In this document: positions 1-14,052 of the stretch, piece after piece
How positions within the stretch are numbered: the stretch's first letter is position 1
Layout: each line of letters opens with the position of its first letter
NCBI RefSeq assembly: GCF_009914755.1
Contig: NC_060925.1
From: the human T2T-CHM13v2.0 reference genome, Homo sapiens
Strand: one strand, 5' to 3'
DNA length: 64,000 bases
Notes under the pieces: model-generated
What the model was told of the DNA's origin: nothing
Databases searched by the model: none
The model's input: only the letters and a program-made list of their open reading frames with translations
Made by a program: the position numbers and the translations under genes

Positions 1-480
1 TATTGTAATCATTCCCTTTCATGTAACCTCAACTCCCACGCTCCTCTATCACTTCATCATACTTGTCTGAAACACTCCAACACTGGTTAAACTCAATGAC
101 CCTGTGGCTCCATTTCTGCGTTTGCACAGATGAATGCAGTTGGCCACCACACTGATTACTTTCATTTAAAATCCCTGACCGCTAACCTCAAGTGGGCTCT
201 TGAATACTGCCCAGTGATCAAACCACATTTTCCTCGTTCATTCACTCTCCCTTTCTCCAGATCACCTTTTCATACCTTCTTTCTCTCAAACCTCTGACAC
301 CTCCTCCCCAATCTTCTCCCTCAGCACATGATGTGCTTCCTCAATAACTGAGAAAACAGAGGTAATCAAGATGCAAAGCTTTCACCACCACATCCACCTG
401 CCTGCCTGTCCATGCCTATTATTCAGGCCTCCTTCCAGTAATTAGGCATGAACAGTTTCCACTCCTGACTAGAGTGCTGC
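1..480 (+). mobile_element. Degraded L2 LINE fragment
   Basis: C/T-rich sequence resembling the L2 ORF2 region (e.g. ctccaacactggttaaactc; ttcctcaataactgagaaaacagag); judged by eye. Confidence 0.5.
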
Positions 481-977
481 CATCCCAGCCCACTCCTGGC
501 ATTTCATAGGCAATGGGATATAAGAAGGGCCCTCCATGGAAGTTACCAGTGCAAACTCCCCTTTGCTCCTATGTCCTCAGGCAAATAAGAGCACCACAGA
601 TCCTCAACTTCTTCACATGTAAAATGGGAATCCTGAAGTACAGTATATGCCACAAAAACATGATATTGTTGAACACTGTGTATAAATAAATTTCAAATTC
701 TTGATAATCTTTGGTTATTAATTTTTAATCATTATTTTGGGTAACTTCCATTCTATATTTTATGTATATGTGCACACAGGTGCTTTATATAAATTATATC
801 ATTTAAAGATAGAACAATAAAAAACTGACTTGATCCCTTCCTTCTGTGGCTCAATTTTCTCAACTATAAATTAGGGATAATAATATTATCTACCTCATCA
901 ACTGCATAGGGTTGAATACTTTTTTAATATGTGCAAATAACTTTCAATAACCTTGGGATGCAGTCAATTTTTAATAA

Positions 978-1333
<356 letters not shown>

Positions 1334-4300
1334 TGAAAAGAAATTTTATAGATATATCAAATGATTTTGAAACTGGTAATAGTGAACAAAATGTTGTACC
1401 TTTTCTTCTAGATTTGGAAACTCAAGGGTACAACCTTGCCCCAAAACATGGCAATAAAGACAAATACACATATACACACATGTAAACATAAATGTAGTGT
1501 TCACACTTGAACTTTTTGTCATCACACTCGGCCTTTTAGCCAACAAAGAGCAAGTCAGAGAATAAGAAAGTGAGGGGCACTGTCATAGGCCCCAGTTATT
1601 CAGGAGGCATCCATACCTTGACTCCCAGCACCTGTCTTAGAGGGAGAAGGGCTAGCTGCTCCTTTGATTTAAGGGTCATCATAGAAGGCAGAGGCAGAGT
1701 TCATCTGTCCCCACATGGGAGAAGCTTAGCCCAGAGAACTGTAGTTTCCCTGTATATTTTGGGATCAAGAATTGTATAAGGCAAAGGGAAGAAATCTTGA
1801 GTGGGTCAGAAAAAGCTGGTAATAGCAGCTGCCATTTATTGTGCATTTCCACAAGCCAGGCAGGTACTCTACTTGGTGCTGTCCATGTGTCATTTCACAG
1901 CTACTTAGAGAACTCTACAGCTGTGTTATTATCCCCAAGTGGCAAGGGTGAACAAGGGTTCAGCAAGGTCACATTAGTAGCCCAAGGTCACACTGCTAGT
2001 AAGGGGCAGAGGGGAGGATTGTCACGGAGCACTATCCTGGGATTTCTCCCACACCTTGCTCTGCTCTTCTCCCCATCATGGGCATAAAGCTGTTGGAGAA
2101 AATATACAAAGGCAGCATTGAGTCTACATACAGGGCTGTTGGTTGGGCATCAGCTTAGCTTGTCCATCACTGGCCTCCGGGTATAAAGTAGTGGGTGGAG
2201 CAGAAGTTATCTGTAGTGCATAAAAAGAATTACCTGTCCCCTTGCCTGTGTTTTCATGGGGCATGTATTAGCATACACAGTGTTGTATTAGAGTCACTTA
2301 CTTATCTTCCTTTATAAATATTCTCTCATTAGAATAGCTACTGAATCTCATTTACCATGGCATCTCTCATAAGCAGAATTGTTCTCAAACTTTGGTACAT
2401 CAGATTCACCCAACATATGGGTAAACTGGTCCTCAAATTTTGATGGCTCTCATTTCACCAATCTAGGGTTGGGTCAAACATCAGTATTTTTAAAATATTA
2501 GGTGGATGATTCTAAAGCACACAATAGGTTGGGAATTGCTGACCTAACATGTATACATTCACACCTTAGCTGATCTTTATAGATGAGTTTGGCATTCTGT
2601 ATAATATAATTGCCATAGAAACAGAAATTGCAATCCAGCCTAAGAATTCACTGGAACCCATTTTTTAAATTTCTGGATAATGAGAGGTGAAGCAAATTGA
2701 GTTCCTTCCTGTCCCCTTTATTGATGAATTAAGATATCCCAAATCTCATTACAATTATATGAGATGCATATTCATTTTTGAAAAACTGTCAATCATTTCT
2801 ATTTCTGAGGATCAACAGTTCCATGAAAACAGTACTATGCAGCATTGAGATTTTCCTACATTCAGAAATGCATCTACAGGTACAGATGCCCCCACCTATG
2901 CACACATACACACATGTGGTCGTGCACATGTGACACACACTGACAAACACACATGTCACAGCTGCAGCATTTTCTTTGTGGGTAGGGAGTCAGATGGCTG
3001 GTGAGACTCACGACTGCTCTCTTCCTCCTCTCTCACCCTGCTAGCAGCTGCTGCAGACACTGAAAGCAGTCAGGCAGAAAGAGCATGCTGAGAGCAGGGT
3101 CCGTCGCTGACCAACACTGACCCTGCAGTCTCCCATACAAATCACCCCAAGACAGTCTCACCATGGCTGGGGTTTTGTGGGTTAGCTCTGAAGTCAGATA
3201 GATCTCCATTCAAGTCCAAGTTCTGGATTCAAGTCTCTTGCTAACTTCATGCAACTGATACAGCTAAAGATATTTGACCTTTCCAAGCTTCAGTTTCCTT
3301 TTTCTGTAAAATGGTGATAATAGTAACTACTGTCTTCCTCCCTCCACTTCTCTCTGGTTCTGCATCTCAAGGCTCAGTTGACTTTTACCCTGGGCTCATA
3401 TAGCCAAGGTCTCAAGTTCAGTGGTCCTGAAAGCTTGTTCAGCTCGCTTACTCCCGTCAATGGGCACAGTCTGCCATGTGTCCCCGGACACCCATCTTTG
3501 CTCACAAATGAACAGGACAAGAGCTTGGCAATGGACCTGTGCAAATCCATCCCTGTACAAGAAAAACAGTTTAACACATATTCACGACTGAATGTTACAT
3601 CCCTGTACTAAGTACGGTGCAAACCTGGGGCCTCCTCCTCCACCACAGACGCTCACATTAAATTCCAGTGACAAGGTAGGAGAATGAACAGTACTAGCAC
3701 AAGAGACAGTGAATAATAAGGGACAGGATGTACAATAGAAAACATAGCTTCCTACATTTCTGTGATTTTATGTCAGGAAAAATTGACAAAATAAGGAAAC
3801 CGGGGAAGAATAAAATATCCATTAAGGAACTATATTTAGTATAGAGCTTTTATCCTTTTCCCAAAGTCTTTTTCTATCTACTAATCTGTTTAAATTCAAC
3901 ATATATTTAGCAAGTTTCACTATTAATTCAATCACTCATTCATTTCTTCATTTATCTGTTTACTTAAAAAATATTATCCAGTTTCCATATAAAAAAACAT
4001 TTGGCTAAATACAGTCAAGGGACACAGAAATGATTAATACACATTTTCTGCTATGAAGAATGTCATTAACGCACTGATTCATTCCTCAAGTGTTTATCAC
4101 TCACCTCTGATGAGACAGGTGCTATGGAGAGCACTGGGCTACACAGATAAAAGGCCGGGTCCTTGTCCTGGATCAGGAGCCGATGAAACAAGGATGGCAA
4201 GTAGAGAAACTATGGCATTTATTTTGTCAATTTTGATGATTGAACAAGTAAAAGCTATTACTTTTTATGCATTTATACTAGTCAGTGAGCCAAGTACTTT

Positions 4301-5819
4301 TTTTCACTTAATTCTCATAAGACCCTCTGAGGCACAGCTGTTATATTAGTCTTATTTAACAGGTGGGGAAAGTGAGGCCTAGAGAAATTAAATAACATAA
4401 GCCAAAGTCTCATAGCTAACAAGCAGCAGAGCCAGGGCTCAAGCCCAGAGCTCTCAGACACCAGAACCCTGGCAAAGACGTCTGTGAGTTATCAGTACCC
4501 ACTCCTGCAGAAGAACTAAGGAGAGTCACTGGGCTGCACTGGCTGAAGGCTAATGACTTGGGGTGACATCCTCATTTCCAGGCAGGGTGGAAGAGATCGC
4601 AAGTGAAATGGGAGTGAGTGGGTTCAGAGGAAGAAGAAATCACATCCTGTTCAAGGGTCATGGAAAAGGCTCAGTCAGGAAGAGCTATTTTAGATAAGCT
4701 TTAAGCTTCGAAGGATGCACTGAGTCTAGGCATTGAAGGTGCAGAAGGAAGGGAGGTTTGCTGCAGAAATAATAGTATGACCAAAGGCATGGAGGTGGGT
4801 GGATGTGATGGAACATTACAAACAGCAAAGGTACCAGTTCATCTGAAATGTGGGATACACAGGGATGGAAAAAATAAATTAAAGCCATAACATGATGGTA
4901 CCTGAAAGCAAATCTATACTTGGGTAGCGAATGGGGAGCCACTGATGGGCTTTGAATACAGGAAGATAGCACCAAGATTTTGCTTCTGTGAAAGCAAGAT
5001 AAATGGGAAAGAGAAACCCAGAGGGAGAGGAACCAGTAGAGAAGCCTTTTGCAATCAAGGTAAAATGAGTACTTAGGATCTGAATTCAGTGGGAAGACGT
5101 GGATTTGGAAGAGAAGGGCAATTCTTAGGCAGAATTTCTTGGAAGATATTTTAAGCAGTGGTCGAGGAAGAGGAAATAGTGTAAGATGGCCTCAGAGTTT
5201 TGAGCTAGAAGGACTAGGAGAATGATTTTGCCATGAATAGAAACAAGTAGTTCCAGAGGATGATTTTATGTGTGTGGGGGTAAGGGGAGGGTCTAGTGGG
5301 GCAAGAAATGATAAGGTTGAACTGAAAAGGCTGAGTGTTATCTGTGAACGTCTGGCAAGGTGTGCGGCAGGTAGCTAGCTAAGCAGAGCTGACATTTAGA
5401 AGAGAGGCAAGTACAAAGATAAAGACTGGGAGTCAACATAAAGGACACAGAAACAGAAGACAGTAAAAGCAAGTCCAGTGACTGATCACTTAATATTCCT
5501 ATTGTATAGATAAACTCACTGAGGCTCAGAGAGGCTGAATTGCCAAAAATCATACCTAAGAGAAATGAGGAAATATTCACTCATTTGTTCAGAAAATATG
5601 CATTCAGCAGCTGGCATGGCCAAGCTCTGTACTCTGGGGATACAGAGGTGAACAGAAGCAAAACTGATGGGGGTCTGTTAAAGGGAGTTCGTGAATATAT
5701 AACCACACGTTGAGGAAAGTGCTCTGAAGAAGGGAAACAGTCCTGGAGCATGTATGGTGAAGGGGAGCCTCTCTGAGAAAGTAAGGGTTAAGCCCTGGGC
5801 TATAGGGGGATCATGGAAC

Positions 5820-6388
5820 TTCCATGCTTTAAATCCTCACCCTGGTCATCAAGACTCCTGCATGCTCTAGCCCTTGCCTACCACACCAACCTTGCCCATT
5901 GCCTCTCTCTCCCTGTTATGATGATGTAGCAATGGTGGCTATCATCTATGATGATAAGAGCAATGGTGGCTGACAGTCCCTAGAAGGGGCCTGGCTTTCT
6001 CCCATTCCAGGGCCATCCAGGGTGCCCTAGGCCTGGAAAGCTCTTTCCCTCCCTTCTGACCTGGTTGGTCCTTTCTCATCTTTCAGTGTCAACTTAAACA
6101 CACTGCCTCAGAGAGGCCCCGGTTCCCCCATTTCAGGTTAGTCCACTCCTCCCTGTCTTTTTACCCCCTTGTATTTTTCACAATCTGTAAGTACTTGTGA
6201 TGTATTTATTTAGTTGTTTGTTTCAGTGACTCCCTTGCCAGAGCGTTAGTCCCTCGAGGGCAGGGACCCTGTGAGCCTTCTTGTCACTGTATTAGCAGCA
6301 TGCGGCAGAGTTCAAAACACAGCAAAGCCCTCAGGAAAACAAAACAAAACAAAACAAAAAAACAAAGCCAAACTGTTTAATGAATGAT
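5820..6388 (+). mobile_element. L2 3' fragment
   Basis: L2-like 3' region (cctcgagggcagggacc...) ending in tgtttaatgaatga. Confidence 0.55.
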
Positions 6389-7578
6389 TCTGGTGATTAT
6401 AAGTTAGCAGAAGTGTGTGATATTAGTGTGATATTAGAAAAATTTCCATGAGTGTGCTGTTTGTATGTGTGTGTATGAGAGTTTGTGTGTGTAAGAAAGA
6501 TGAAAAGAGGAAGAGGAAGAGAGGGAGAGATTGCCAAATTGAGTCTAAACTTTCAAGGTAATAATTATAACACCAGCATCAACAATCTTTAAGAAATTAA
6601 CTGGTGACAAAATTAAAGACAATAAGTGTATGTATTTTTCTTAGGAAGTACAGGCAGTGAAAATAACTGAGAAAAACCATGTGGAGCGTTAAAGGGTCAA
6701 GGGATCACTTGACATTTGAATAAGGGATAGAGGATGTGTAGGTATGACCATAAAAGCAAGAAGTGGCTGACTGGGGGGCAAAGATTGGAGAAATTGAGGA
6801 GTTGAAACAACAATTTAGGGTGGAGAATTTAGCTGTGACATGAGAACACATCCACTTCAAAGAAAGGAGTGAGAGGGGGTGAACAAGAGGAGAGGTGACA
6901 GGGAGTAAGATGACAGGAAGGTGAGGGAGCCAGGTTCCCATTTCACTAAGTTAGATCTGAGGTTTGAGGCTGACAGGGAGGGTCTGGGAAAGAGCTGAGG
7001 CCTGAGGACAGTGGACAGGTTTTTGGCACATGACAAGAAATGAGTAAGAAGAGTTCGATGCTGCTGGAGTCCATGGCTGGTTTTACAGAATGCCTACCCA
7101 CAGCCCGTTTCTATGAGACTCTCCCAAACTCTAGGAAGCTCCAGAGCAGCAGAGACACACACAGAAAACCAATGCAAGGCTGAGGTTGGGCCAGGCAGGG
7201 TGGCAGAAAATAAAAGGGACAGGGATTTCGAGGTGAGATCTAGGTTGAGTGGGGAGGAAATGAAGCCAGAAATGTGCCAATGGACTTGATGACACTGGGA
7301 AATAAGATCAAAGAGAGGAGTTTTGGGTGGGATGGAATGGGGCAAGGAGAAGCTGAGAGACTAGGAAACTTCAGGTTCAAATGCTAAAAGGTGGGATGCT
7401 TTTAGGAACATGACAGCCTTGGTAACTACCTAAAATAAAGAAGAATTTGAAGATATTGAAAAACTGAGAAATCTGTTAGAAGGGTAATTAACATGTATGC
7501 TTCTCCTTTCATTCAATCAGCAAACAATTACTGAGGGTTTATTATGCGCCAGATACCACAGTAAGCACCAAGGAAATA

Positions 7579-7859
7579 GGCTGGGAACGCTGGCTCACAT
7601 CTGTAATCTCAGCACTTTGGGAGGCTGTGGTGGGTGGATCACCTGAGCTCAGGAGTTTGAGACCAGCCTGGCCAACATGGTGAAACCCCATTTCTACTAA
7701 AAATACAAAAATTAGCTGGGCGTGGTACCAGGTGCCTGTAATCCCAGCTACTAGGGAGGCTGAGGCAGGAGAATCACTTGAACTCAGGAGGCAGAGACTG
7801 CAGTGAGCCAAGATTGCACCACTCAACTCCAGCCTGGGTGACAGAAGGAGACTCTGTCT

Positions 7860-7890
<31 letters not shown>
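7579..7890 (+). mobile_element. Full-length AluSx/Sz-like
   Basis: Alu consensus with 30-nt poly-A; TSD aagcac(c/a)aaggaaat on both sides. Confidence 0.95.
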
Positions 7891-7892
<2 letters not shown>

Positions 7893-7994
7893 AAGCACAA
7901 AGGAAATGAAGTCAAATAAGATATGGTAACTCTCCTTCAGGACCTACAGCTTAAGGAAAGAAACAAGTAAGCAGATGATTATTACAGCTGGCAA

Positions 7995-8285
7995 CATGAG
8001 TTGAATTTTGTCCCCCCAAAAAGATATGTTGAAATTCTAACCCCTAGTACTTCAAAATGTTACCTTATTTGGAAATAGGGTCTTTGCAGGTGTAATTAGT
8101 TAAGATGAGGTCAGCCTGGAGTAGGGGGTGCCAAAATCCAATATGACTGGTGTCCTTTTAAGAGGATGGCCACGTGAGACACAGACACACACAGGGAGAA
8201 TGCCACAAGAAGACGGAGGCAGAGACTGAAGTGATGCATCTCCAAGCCAAGGAATGCCTGTAGCAATCAGAGCTGGAGAGCTCCA
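7995..8285 (+). mobile_element. MaLR LTR 5' portion (MLT1B/C-like)
   Basis: ttgaattttgtccccccaaaaagatatgttgaa...ccttatttggaaatagggtctttgcaggtgtaattagttaagatgaggtc, diagnostic of MLT1. Confidence 0.85.
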
Positions 8286-9039
8286 AGTGATATTGAGGGA
8301 GTAGAGCAATCATGATGTGGTGATTGATTGGATGTGACGATGAAGGAGAGAGAGGAGTCTGGCATGATTCTCATAGTTCGGCTTGAATACCAGGTGGTGG
8401 TGGCTCTATTCAGTTCACTGTGCTAGGGAAGGGAGGAAAACATTTGAACTAAGAGTTTCAGTCGTTTTAATGAGGCAGCATAGTTAATGTATGTATCAAA
8501 TTTGAAGTGAAGATAACATTTCTATATGAGAAATGTTATCAAGTTTTGGATTGTTATGCTGGGTAGGAATTAGCTTCATGAGAGGCAAAGAGGTGAAGAT
8601 TGGTGCCTGTTACATTGTGCCAAATAAAAAAAGGCTTGCGAAGTCAACAGGAGGTAACTAACTGGAAGGGGAGGTCAGCAGGAAGACAGAAGAGTCTTAA
8701 GCATGCAGAATTCAGTCAGTAAAGGGGCTTTTACAACTAAATGTGCCCAAAGCTTCCAGCTGCAGAATAAGCAGGAGGCTGTGTCTCTGCAAATTTCCTT
8801 CTCCAGGGGACTGGCCAACCTGAAGAAAAGTCCTGTGAGTTATAGGGTTTGTTATTAATTGATTCCTGTGGGAAAGAAATAGGGGGAAGACAGAGAATCA
8901 GATTCCAAAGCCATGGCCTTAGCAACTGCATTTATCCTGGGAAGTAATGAGGGCTATGCAAACCGAGGGGCCGGTAACTCAGGATGAAGGGAATGCCTTT
9001 ATGGTCCAATTCAGGGATGGCTTATTGGACGCCTTTGCT

Positions 9040-9425
9040 AGAGCAGCCATTCGCAAACCTCGGCGTGCATCACCTGGAGGGCTTATTAAAATGTGAATTT
9101 CTGGGCCCCACCTCAAGAATGTCTGATTCAGTAGGTCTGGGGTGGGCTGGAGAATTTGCATTTATGACAGGTTCTCGGGTCTACAACCTACCACCCTGAA
9201 CGTGCTTTATCTCACCTGATCTAACAAGTTCTCCGGTGATGCCATGCTGCTGGACTGTGAATCAGACCTTAAGAACAGCCATACTATCACTGGGCACCAG
9301 AATCACCTGGAGAACTTTTGACCTTCAGAAATTTCTGATTTAGTATGTCTGATATGGGGCATGGCCATGGGTATGTTTTAACGTACCCAAAGAGATTCTA
9401 ATGTGCAGCATAGAGAGAGAACAAT
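9040..9425. mobile_element. MER5A/MER5B hAT-Charlie MITE cluster
   Basis: atcacctggagggcttattaaa...tctgattcagtaggtctggggtggg...gaatttgcattt; second copy gaatcacctggagaactt...gattctaatgtgcagc. Confidence 0.8.
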
Positions 9426-12400
9426 TGCTTTACTTTGTGCCTGACCCTGTGATAGACAACCCAGGAACACAGAGTGAAAAGACCTAGCGTGAGCCTTCAG
9501 GAGTTCATGGTCTAGCAGGGACAATTATATGTCTGCACATGTTTATGTAAGGTAAGGAAGGTAAGGAATAGAGGGATGGAAAAGGGCAGTGTGAAACTAA
9601 GAGGAGGCAGGGAAATCCACAGATGATGATTGAGGGGGGATTTGCAAAAGGACACTGGAAGACAGAAAAGGTCTGATGTTTCCAGGTATGCACATGAGTA
9701 GGAGAGCAGCTATGATGTTGGGGTGGGTGAAATTCAATGATCAAAGAGGGAGGGTCCAGTCCAGGAAGGGGAGAGCTGAAGAATGTGTGAGAACATGGTT
9801 TGTTTGGATAATGTAAGTGGTTCAATGTGGCAGATGCACAAGGGTCGTGGAAGGCAGAGGCCTGGGATGAGGCTGGACAGGTTGGCAGGTTGATCTGGGC
9901 CATCTAGGGAGTCATGACAAGCCCCTGGAGATCTCTCCACACTGTCTCCAGCACTCCCACTGGACTCCCTTCCCTGCCTCGCAGCCACAGCCTCCCCCTG
10001 AAAATTATCACAAGTTTCTCAATTTTCTTGTTATTTTCCACGTAAAAGACAGATAGGAAAAAGCAATTCAGCACCTTGGTCTTGTTAGACTCGCAGTAGA
10101 TTTCAATCCTCTTTACTTATTTATGGACATATTTTCCCCAAATGCTTCTTTTCCCTGGTATATTTGTAAACACCATTTTTATTCCACTTAATCCTTTTGG
10201 CAGCATTAACTCATTCTGCACTCACTTCCCTTATCTTTCCTAGGGAAAATATTCACAGACATAGTTAAAATTCACAGGGTTGTTTTCTGTTCTCTTCCCA
10301 AACTTGTTCTGATTTGGGGTGTGAGGATGTTTCCTTGCGTGGGCCATTTTTTTGCTGAAGGCAACTCACTCGTCAGCTCAAAATGTTTTCTGCTTTTTGC
10401 ATCTCAGTGCCCCTGTACTGTGCATACCAGCCTCTTTCTCTCTCTCAAGCCTAGAATGTATTCGCGCTGACCTTGGACTTGGGCACAGTGGTTGGGCAGC
10501 CTCAGGCCTCTGCACTAACAAAAGATTTCTGATTCCCATGGCTGATCCTCATGCATCTCCCACCAGCCTCAATCCACTCATACAAATGACAGATGCTGGG
10601 CCTGCCACTGTTTAATTGTGCTGCTGTAGAATGATCCAGCCAGAGCCTAATCCATTCTGTCAAGCCGACTGCAAGAGGAGACTTCAGGAAGTCCAGTGAT
10701 TGTAACAGCCCAGCCAGAGGCAAGGAAGAGAAAGAGACAGCAGTGGAGGCTGTCCTCCATACCTCATCGATACCGTGAATGCTTTGCAATTTCTTGGGCC
10801 TCTTAGCATTCTGCAAGATGGGGCCTTTATTCTCTCTCCACACCGCTGGTGCAGCAGGCAGCAACAAAACGCTGAGGTTCAGTAATTGTTCAGTACAGAC
10901 AGCAAGAAGAATGGAGTGTTGGAAAGTGCCATTCTGCAGTACATGGCTTTTGATTTCCTCTTTCTCCAATTTTAAGTGATGGGGGATGGTAAGCATTATT
11001 CTGGGAAAAAGGAAGTGGAAGGACTTTACCTCCATTAGAACCATCTAAAAACAAAAATCAGTGCCTTGTAAGGTAGTGAGGTTGCCATCGCACTGAAAGC
11101 TCACAGGCTGGACCCTTTTGCTTGTGGAAATGCTGTTGAGATGACTACAGCCTCCAGGGAAAGACTAGACTGGAGGAGATTATAAAATCAAAGGACTTAG
11201 TGGCTACAACCTCACTGCAAACCTACTGCCATGTGTCCACCGAACAGTCATGAGCCTCAGTCCCCACATTTCTTCTTCTAGGGAAGACCATTCTATTTTG
11301 AAATGGTGATAAGCAATCAATGTTTTTCTGATTTGAGCTAAAATCTGCTTCTCTCTAACTTATACTTCTTATTTTCCAGTCTGCCTTTCTGGGACAAAAC
11401 AGGGCAAGCATAACTTCCTTGCTATAGTTATTAGCATGTCCTCCCTTCATTTCTTGTCCATAATAAACATCCCCTGGTGCTTTACTCATTCCTGCCAAAT
11501 GACTGAGCCATCTCTGCTCACACTTGCCTGAATGTTCTCCAGTTGTCACTGAACTGCCTGGACTTAAACCTTGAACTCTGAGTGATCAGACCAACATGCC
11601 ATAGAGCAACTATGAGCTACTACCTGTACCCACAAAGCTCTCCCTCCCCACAGGACTCAAGCCCAGCTTCTAAGCAGTGGTGGGAAAGCAACTTTGTGCC
11701 TTCATGTCCCATAAGTTCTCTTCTTCTTCAAATGCAGGGACTTTTACCCTCCGAATACCAGTCTGCCTTGTGGGGAGAAGTCACCTGTTCCGTGTGCACT
11801 GAAGGCCCTCTGTCACTTTCATCTGCCAGGGGTAAAACAAAGCGTAGATAACATGAAAAGTCTTTTCCTATGCCAAGGAATTATCAGTGAGGAAGACCCA
11901 GAGTTTCTTCTCCATTGACCTGTGCAGGACTCAGTCTCCACCCGCACCTCTGTGGTCTTTGAGTCCTCCCCCAGCACTGCCCCACTGCCCATGCATTGAC
12001 ACTCTCCTCTCCTCTCTCCCCCGCTTGTCTCCCCTCTTACGAGTCCTCAAGGTTTTTGGAGCTTCTTCTGTTCTTTGTCCCTGCTCTTGGCTGTCACTGC
12101 ACCCCTCACACTCTTTGCAACTTAAAAAAAATGGAGCCAATCAAACAAAGACTCCAGGCTAAATCAAGTGGATCAGAGTGCCTGAATGGCAGGGTTCTGC
12201 TTTCATTATTCCCCTTTGCTGTTTGCTGCTACCTGGTGGCTCCCTGGTACCAGCTCAAAGCCAAGGAAGTGGGTCTGTGGGTGCAGATCCCTCGCTGCAC
12301 CTCATTCCTCTGCCCAAAGCTCCAGTCCCAGATGCTAAAAGCCCCTCTACCTGGACAGGTGACCACTCCATCCTGTCCTTCTGAGGTATAGGTATTGAAC

Positions 12401-12472
12401 CCTGTTCTCCATTAAGTAGGATTTTTATTTTATTTTCAAACTGTCATCTTTAGTCCTAGCTATTTTATTGGT

Positions 12473-12473
<1 letters not shown>

Positions 12474-12541
<68 letters not shown>
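12474..12541. repeat. Compound microsatellite (CT)n(CA)~25
   Basis: Directly visible. Confidence 0.97.
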
Positions 12542-12544
<3 letters not shown>

Positions 12545-13600
12545 GCCTTTTCCTCCCATCTAGGGTATTTTCTGAGGTGGCCAGCACCAGCATTCAGGCT
12601 GAAACCCTGATACACTCAGGTGGCCGGTGAGCAGGGTGAACTGGATGACAGGCTTCCAGAGGGCGCAGCTGAGAACTGCCTCCTGCGCCCGCCTCTGAAG
12701 CTGCTTCTCCAGCCTGCTCTTTTGTCCCTAGAAGCATTGTCTCCCTTTATGGACATCTTCCAGCTTACTTCATTTTTTTAGACTCATCTTCAGCCCATTT
12801 CTCTTCACAACATTTGCACTCTTTGTGGACAGAAAAACCAGGAAGATGACAGAGCTATTGCTAGGTCTAAATAAGAAATAACTGCAGAAAAGGGGTTCTG
12901 ATCACTCCAGAGGTGGGAATAAGAAATCACTACTTTAAAAATGTTGCAGAGAGGTAATGATTATTAACATCAAGAGAAAAGCAACCATCTTGAGCATCCA
13001 AAATACAGGTGCATTATGCCAGATTGACGTACATTTCTGCAAGGAGGTACATGTGGCTAAGGAGTATGAGGGTAGTTGGATGTAACACCTTACAGGTACA
13101 AAGGGATATGAAAAGATTATGTGGGTGTTTGTGTTTAAAGGGAAGTAAAAGTGATTTGGAAGTGGGGGGAAGGAGATAACTCAAAATGTCTATTTTTTAC
13201 TACTCTCATATTCATTAAGCCACCAAGACATAGCAGTTCCTTTTTCTTGTCACTCAGTATAGTCTCACGGTTAAGCATGTGAATTCAGGAGCCAGATGAT
13301 CTGAGTTCAAAGCCTGAATTTGACACTTATGAGCTGAGAAATCTTAAGTAAATCTTCTCTCTGTGTCTCATTTCCTCCCATGTAGAACAACGATAATAAT
13401 GCCATTCACCTTATTGGATACTAATAAGAAAATAATAGTCACCTTATAGAATTCTTAAAAAGATGAAAAGAATTAACACGTGTTAAGTGCTTATAGTGGC
13501 AGGCACATGTTAAGTACTATATAAGTACCTGTTGTTATTATTCTCATCATCACCTGTTGCAACTGTCCCCTAAATGAGCTAATCTCACTATAATCAAATG

Positions 13601-13820
13601 CAGTGGTTTACAATGGGGGCAAGCGTGGATTTTGACCCCCCTCTTAACTAGGCAATATCTGGAGACACTTCTGGTTGTTACAACTGGAGGGTGGGGTGCT
13701 ACATGTACACAGTTGAGGGAGTCAGGGACACTGCCAAACACCTATAAGGCACAGGACAGCCTCTCACAACAAGCAATTACCAACCCCAAATGTCCATAGT
13801 GCTGAGGTTGAGAAACCCTG
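13601..13820. mobile_element. MER20 hAT-Charlie DNA transposon
   Basis: cagtggttt...ggcaatatctggagacac...aaatgtccatagtgctgaggttgagaaaccctg; flanked by atcaaatg and atctaatg (8-bp TSD). Confidence 0.9.
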
Positions 13821-13828
13821 ATCTAATG

Positions 13829-14052
13829 CAGGAATCATGATACTTTTTTGGTAAGTGGCCAGACAATAAATATTTTTGGCATTGCAAGCCAAACAGTCTC
13901 TGTTGCAACTACATAACTCTGCTGCTGTAGCACAAAAGCAGCCATGGCCAATATATATATGAACAGGTATCACTGTGTTCCAATAGAACTTTATTTACAA
14001 AAACAGGTGACAGGTCATATTTGACCTGAGGGCAGTAGTTAGCAGAACCCTG
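13829..14052. mobile_element. MER58A-like hAT-Charlie DNA transposon
   Basis: ggccagacaataaatattttt...gtctctgttgcaact...gtgttccaatagaactttatttacaaaaacagg...gtagttagcagaaccctg; perfect 8-bp TSD atctaatg. Confidence 0.9.

Noticed and set aside
5913-5976. ATGATGA...CTGA resembling a C/D box snoRNA
   Set aside because: It is an approximately 30-bp tandem duplication inside an L2, short, and antisense to the host gene
10067-10087. REST/RE1-like TTCAGCACC
   Set aside because: Left half-site only; the right half reads GGTCTT rather than GGACAG
10502-11044. 180-aa minus-strand ORF in non-repeat intron
   Set aside because: No recognisable domain and does not match the ASTN1 continuation I recall (GPWPYTIFQRGFD...); treated as a chance ORF
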